A stretch of 56,406 nt of DNA, taken from positions 1-56,406 of the forward strand of contig CAZYBS010000004.1 of NCBI GenBank assembly GCA_964645245.1, in the 5' to 3' direction. The DNA is from an uncultured Candidatus Saccharibacteria bacterium (GTDB lineage: Bacteria > Patescibacteriota > Minisyncoccia > Phycocordibacterales > UBA9973). Position 1 is the stretch's first letter. Each line of letters opens with the position of its first letter. Shown in pieces: positions 52,854 to 56,406 of the stretch. The notes beneath the pieces were generated by a model. The model was not told where the DNA came from and made no database searches. It saw only the letters and a program-made list of their open reading frames with translations. Position numbers and translations under genes: made by a program.

Positions 52854-55460
52854 ATGGAACAGTCATTTTTTAAGGAAATGCCGAAATTCAAGACTCCCGA
52901 AGAGGAACTGGAATATTTGCGCGCGCATGTTGCCAAGCGCGAAGAGGAGCTTATTAAAATAGGTCATGTGGAAAATGCGAAAGATAATGCAGCACACGAC
53001 GTAGTCGGAGCCTATAAAGATTTACCGGCGGAGCAAGTAGTGCATGAAAGCAATATTCTAAATGAAAAAAAAGTAGAGGGCATAGTCTTGGCGCTTAAAC
53101 CTGAATCCCACGATAGTGTCATGGAGGAGCTTTTAGGCATTGTCATAACCAAAGGAATACGCAATGCGCTCTCGGTGGCAGAAGCGATGGGCAGTCCGCA
53201 TATTGAAGACGATTTTCACCGCTTTCTGGTTCAGTATTTAAAGACGGGCCAAGCTGTGCTCGATTTTAAAGAAGGCACGCCCCTTTACAAGTCCCTCCAT
53301 ATGACCCTCTTTGAAATAACACTTCCGCCGCCGGCCGATGAGGCCGATAAATCAAAAGGTTTCAAAGAATTTATCGGCGCTATGGAGCAGTTTTATGCCG
53401 GCATGCAATCCATCTCTTCGGATAAAAAAAATGAAAAAGAAAATTATTTTACACTGGAAGTGGCACTGGGCAACCAGAGTGACGAAGTAGTCGTTTATGC
53501 CGCAATACCAAACAAACATCTCTCGCTTTTTGAAAAGCAGATTTTAGCTTTTTATTACAATGCCAAAGTTCGTGAAGTGACGGATGATTACAATATTTTT
53601 AATGAAAACGGCGGGTCCGCCGGAGCTTATGCCAGTCTGGCGGAACGCGGGGTGATGCCCATTAAGACTTATGACAACATCGAGCATGACCCGATGAATA
53701 CGATACTGAATGTATTTTCTAAATTGCAAACTAAGGGTGAAGGCGCGGCGATTCAGCTGGTCGTCGCGCCCGCCGGCGACAAATTTATAAATGAATTTCA
53801 CATGATTTTGGATGATGTGAAAGACGGCATGTCCGTCAAGCACGCGGCCGATAATTTTTATAAGTTCAATCAAGCATTTCTCAAGGCAGGCAAAGATCTC
53901 ATTTTTGGCGCCAAAAAAGAAGAAGAGAAAAAAGAAAAATACATGAAAGGCCGGCGCGCCGTCGATGAAGGCGCGGCCGAAAAGATAGGCAATAAGGTCA
54001 AAAGCACTATTATGAAAGCCAATATCCGTGTTATCGCTTCTGCCGAAAACCGCGAACGCGCTCTGGCGATATTGCAAGAAATAGAATCCTCCTTCAATCA
54101 ATTTTCTGAAGCGGCCAGCAATTCTTTTATTTTTGAGGAGGCTCATGGAAATAATTTGAAGCAGCTTTTTCGTGACTTCTCTTTTCGTTCTTTTTCGGCC
54201 GAAAAAATAATGCCCTTGAACTTAAAAGAACTTGCTTCGGTCTTTCACTTTCCGGTCGGCATCGGTAGCCAGCCGCAATTAAAAGAAGCCAAGGCTGGCA
54301 TCGCGCCGGTGCCTTTGGAGATGGGTCAAGAGGGAATAGTTTTGGGAGTGAATAGCTATCGGGGTAAAGACACTGAAATTCACCTGGCCCGCGAAGACCG
54401 CCTGAGGCATTTCTATGTTATCGGTCAGACTGGGACAGGTAAAACAAATATTATGCTTAATATGATTGCGCAGGACATCAGAAATGGCGACGGCTGTTGC
54501 TATGTTGACCCGCACGGCACCGATATTCAAACTATTCTTTCACGCATTCCGAAAGAACGCATTGATGATGTTATTTATTTTGACCCGGCTTATACGGCGC
54601 GGCCGATGGGGCTCAATATGCTGGAATATGACCCGAAATATCCGGAACAAAAAACTTTCGTAGTGAACGAAATGATGGGGATTTTCAATAAGCTTTTTGA
54701 TATGAAGATAGGCGGCGGGGCGATGTTTGAGCAGTATTTCCGAAATAGCGCATTTTTAGTGATGGAAGACCCGGCCTCCGGCTCAACCTTGCTGGAAATC
54801 ACCCGTGTTTTGGCGGATAAAGAATTCCGTGATTTAAAACTCTCTCGCTGCAAGAATCCGATTATTAAACAATTTTGGGTCTCGGCCGAGCAGACGACTG
54901 GGGACCAGTCGCTGGCTAACTTTGTACCCTATATTTCTTCCAAATTTGACAACTTTATTTCCAACGACATTATGCGCCCAGTGGTGCTGCAGCAAAATTC
55001 GGTTTTTAATTTCCGTAAAATTATGGATGAGAGAAAAATTCTGCTGGTGAATCTTTCTAAGGGCCGACTGGGCGATATCAATGCAAACTTGATTGGGCTG
55101 GTCCTGGTGGGCAAAATTCAAATGGCCGCGCTTTCCCGAGTGGATATGTTCGGCCAGCCGATGAATGACTTTTATTTATACATTGATGAATTTCAAAACG
55201 TCACTACCGATTCCATTGCTTCTATTTTGTCGGAAGCCAGAAAATACAGACTATCGCTAAACATTGCTCATCAATACATCACTCAATTGGAAGAAAATAT
55301 TAAAAATGCTGTTTTTGGCAACGTCGGCTCGATGGCGGTCTTTCGTGTCGGTACCGAAGATGCGACTTTTCTAGAGCCGAAATTCAAGCCGATATTTACT
55401 GCACAAGATATAACCAAACTCGATAATTACAATTGTCAAATACGGCCGCGACCGCGCTGA
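52854..55460 (+). CDS. VirD4/TraD-TraG-like (HerA-FtsK superfamily) P-loop ATPase, probably 3'-disrupted
   Basis: Walker A GQTGTGKT and Walker B LYIDEFQN. After ..KLDNYN the frame ends abruptly, while the +1 frame continues KYGRDRAEVEAEIMARYNTME* to 55503. Confidence 0.7.
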   Translation: MEQSFFKEMPKFKTPEEELEYLRAHVAKREEELIKIGHVENAKDNAAHDVVGAYKDLPAEQVVHESNILNEKKVEGIVLALKPESHDSVMEELLGIVITKGIRNALSVAEAMGSPHIEDDFHRFLVQYLKTGQAVLDFKEGTPLYKSLHMTLFEITLPPPADEADKSKGFKEFIGAMEQFYAGMQSISSDKKNEKENYFTLEVALGNQSDEVVVYAAIPNKHLSLFEKQILAFYYNAKVREVTDDYNIFNENGGSAGAYASLAERGVMPIKTYDNIEHDPMNTILNVFSKLQTKGEGAAIQLVVAPAGDKFINEFHMILDDVKDGMSVKHAADNFYKFNQAFLKAGKDLIFGAKKEEEKKEKYMKGRRAVDEGAAEKIGNKVKSTIMKANIRVIASAENRERALAILQEIESSFNQFSEAASNSFIFEEAHGNNLKQLFRDFSFRSFSAEKIMPLNLKELASVFHFPVGIGSQPQLKEAKAGIAPVPLEMGQEGIVLGVNSYRGKDTEIHLAREDRLRHFYVIGQTGTGKTNIMLNMIAQDIRNGDGCCYVDPHGTDIQTILSRIPKERIDDVIYFDPAYTARPMGLNMLEYDPKYPEQKTFVVNEMMGIFNKLFDMKIGGGAMFEQYFRNSAFLVMEDPASGSTLLEITRVLADKEFRDLKLSRCKNPIIKQFWVSAEQTTGDQSLANFVPYISSKFDNFISNDIMRPVVLQQNSVFNFRKIMDERKILLVNLSKGRLGDINANLIGLVLVGKIQMAALSRVDMFGQPMNDFYLYIDEFQNVTTDSIASILSEARKYRLSLNIAHQYITQLEENIKNAVFGNVGSMAVFRVGTEDATFLEPKFKPIFTAQDITKLDNYNCQIRPRPR

Positions 55461-55545
55461 GGTGGAAGCCGAAATTATGGCGCGGTATAACACGATGGAA
55501 TAAATTTAAACATTTCAGTATTTAAATATTTAAACAAAAGATTAA

Positions 55546-56004
55546 ATGGCTACAATTTCAAAATTTGAAGACTTGATTTGTTTTAATAAGGCTAGGGAGC
55601 TAACCAAGTCCATTTACGAAGAATTTAAAGACTGCAAAGATTACGGTTTTAAAGATCAGATTACTCGGGCGAGCGTTTCTATATTGAGTAATATTGCGGA
55701 AGGTTTTGAAAGGGGCACGAAAAATGAATTTTTAAATTTTCTTTATATTGCCAAAGGTTCTGCAGGCGAAGTGCGAGCGCAGCTTTATGTGGCGCTAGAT
55801 GCTGGCTATTTAAATCTTGAAACATTTAAATATTTAAATAATCTTGCATTGGAATGTTCGCGTCTAATTCAGAGTTTTTCGGAGAAAGTTAAAAAAGGCG
55901 CCAGCGCCGGCACGCAATTTAAGAAACTTGAAAAAGATGATCCGATGAAGGAGATTTTACGTCACCACGCCCCCGATGTTTATAAGCGTTTTTATGGTAA
56001 TTAA
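55546..56004 (+). CDS. four-helix-bundle protein (23S rRNA intervening-sequence protein / Avd-like family)
   Basis: FKDQITRASVSILSNIAEGFERGTKNEFLNFLYIAKGSAGEVRAQL signature. Confidence 0.8.
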   Translation: MATISKFEDLICFNKARELTKSIYEEFKDCKDYGFKDQITRASVSILSNIAEGFERGTKNEFLNFLYIAKGSAGEVRAQLYVALDAGYLNLETFKYLNNLALECSRLIQSFSEKVKKGASAGTQFKKLEKDDPMKEILRHHAPDVYKRFYGN

Positions 56005-56037
56005 ATCCTTAAATATTTCTATTTTTAAATAAATTAT

Positions 56038-56130
56038 ATGGAAGAATTTGAAATAAAATTTTTAGAAGTTGATATGCCGGAATTGGAAAAGAAAACCACA
56101 CTAACTTTCGAAGGAATGATAAAAAAGTAG
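56038..56130 (+). pseudogene. 30-codon remnant resembling the N-terminus of a CYTH-domain protein
   Basis: MEEFEIKFLEVDMPELEKK.. then a premature stop. Read manually. Confidence 0.3.
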
Positions 56131-56206
56131 ATATGGGGGTTATCCCCATAATTTTCCTTCTAACACAAAGGTATTTCTGGTACAATTAAGGGGTCCTAAA
56201 ATAAAA

Positions 56207-56406
56207 ATGATTAAAAAGAATTTTAGGCTTGCCCGCCGATTTGGCGGGAAAATATCATTGTCGGTGAAATTTTCACTCGGACTTTTGGTCTTGGTCGTTT
56301 TGGTTTCGTCTCCGGCGCCAGCGCAAGCGATTTCACTGGACGATTTTGTTAAAATCGACTTCTCCCCCACCGTTGCCAAACTCCACTCCCTCGGCCGGAG
56401 CCTGAC
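56207..56406 (+). CDS. secreted protein, 5' partial (runs off window)
   Basis: MIKKNFRLARRFGGKISLSVKFSLGLLVLVVLVSSPAPAQA signal peptide. Open to the window end. Confidence 0.5.
   Translation, partial: MIKKNFRLARRFGGKISLSVKFSLGLLVLVVLVSSPAPAQAISLDDFVKIDFSPTVAKLHSLGRSL
56228..56252 (+). repeat. CTTGCCCGCC-GATTT-GGCGGGAAAA GC palindrome read in-frame in a signal-peptide n-region
   Basis: Encodes LARRFGGK. Related to 45185 and 36795. Confidence 0.55.

Noticed and set aside
1-56406. Alternative genetic code (UGA recoded, as in some CPR lineages)
   Set aside because: TGA terminates rpsG, pilM, island ORFs and others at lengths matching homologs. No conserved gene shows an in-frame TGA.

Overview
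The window is an AT-rich backbone, about 35-40% GC by eye. Its gene content fits a reduced Patescibacteria/CPR (Parcubacteria-like) genome. It uses the standard code: TGA ends rpsG, pilM and other genes at the expected lengths. The second half is a long translation super-operon: rpsL-rpsG-fusA, pyrDEF, tuf, rpsJ through rplO, secY, adk, map. L30 is absent, L15 is short, and no rplA follows rplK. The first half carries ruvX, pilMNO, five tRNAs, rplS, a thiol-redox cluster (CcdA/VKOR), murB, tsaC, secE-nusG-rplK, and a Chlamydia-style folate/thymidylate cluster (folP, CADD-like, CofE/FolC2-like, folA, thyA). No rRNA genes or CRISPR arrays were seen. The most unusual feature is a set of five sharply bounded GC-rich islands, about 55-65% GC by eye: A ~56-955, B ~5889-6690, C ~9100-9390, D ~30640-31410, E ~40975-41627. 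Each is a self-contained cassette: a near-consensus sigma70 promoter in the AT-rich flank, a Shine-Dalgarno site, orphan ORF(s) or a structured RNA, and hairpin terminators. They sit next to tRNA 3' ends or inside normally invariant ribosomal operons (rpsG|fusA and rplB|rpsS). Some are flanked by direct repeats. Other selfish or accessory modules: a hicBA+hydrolase cassette flanked by an 85-bp duplication of the rpmB 3' end, a Panacea-antitoxin/toxin pair between rplE and rpsN, two HNH genes between a tRNA-His fragment and tRNA-His, GIY-YIG and LAGLIDADG-like genes, and several families of short structured repeats. Some of those repeats are read in-frame as C-terminal extensions of ribosomal proteins. 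All GC values, identities and family calls come from reading the sequence, not from computation or database searches.
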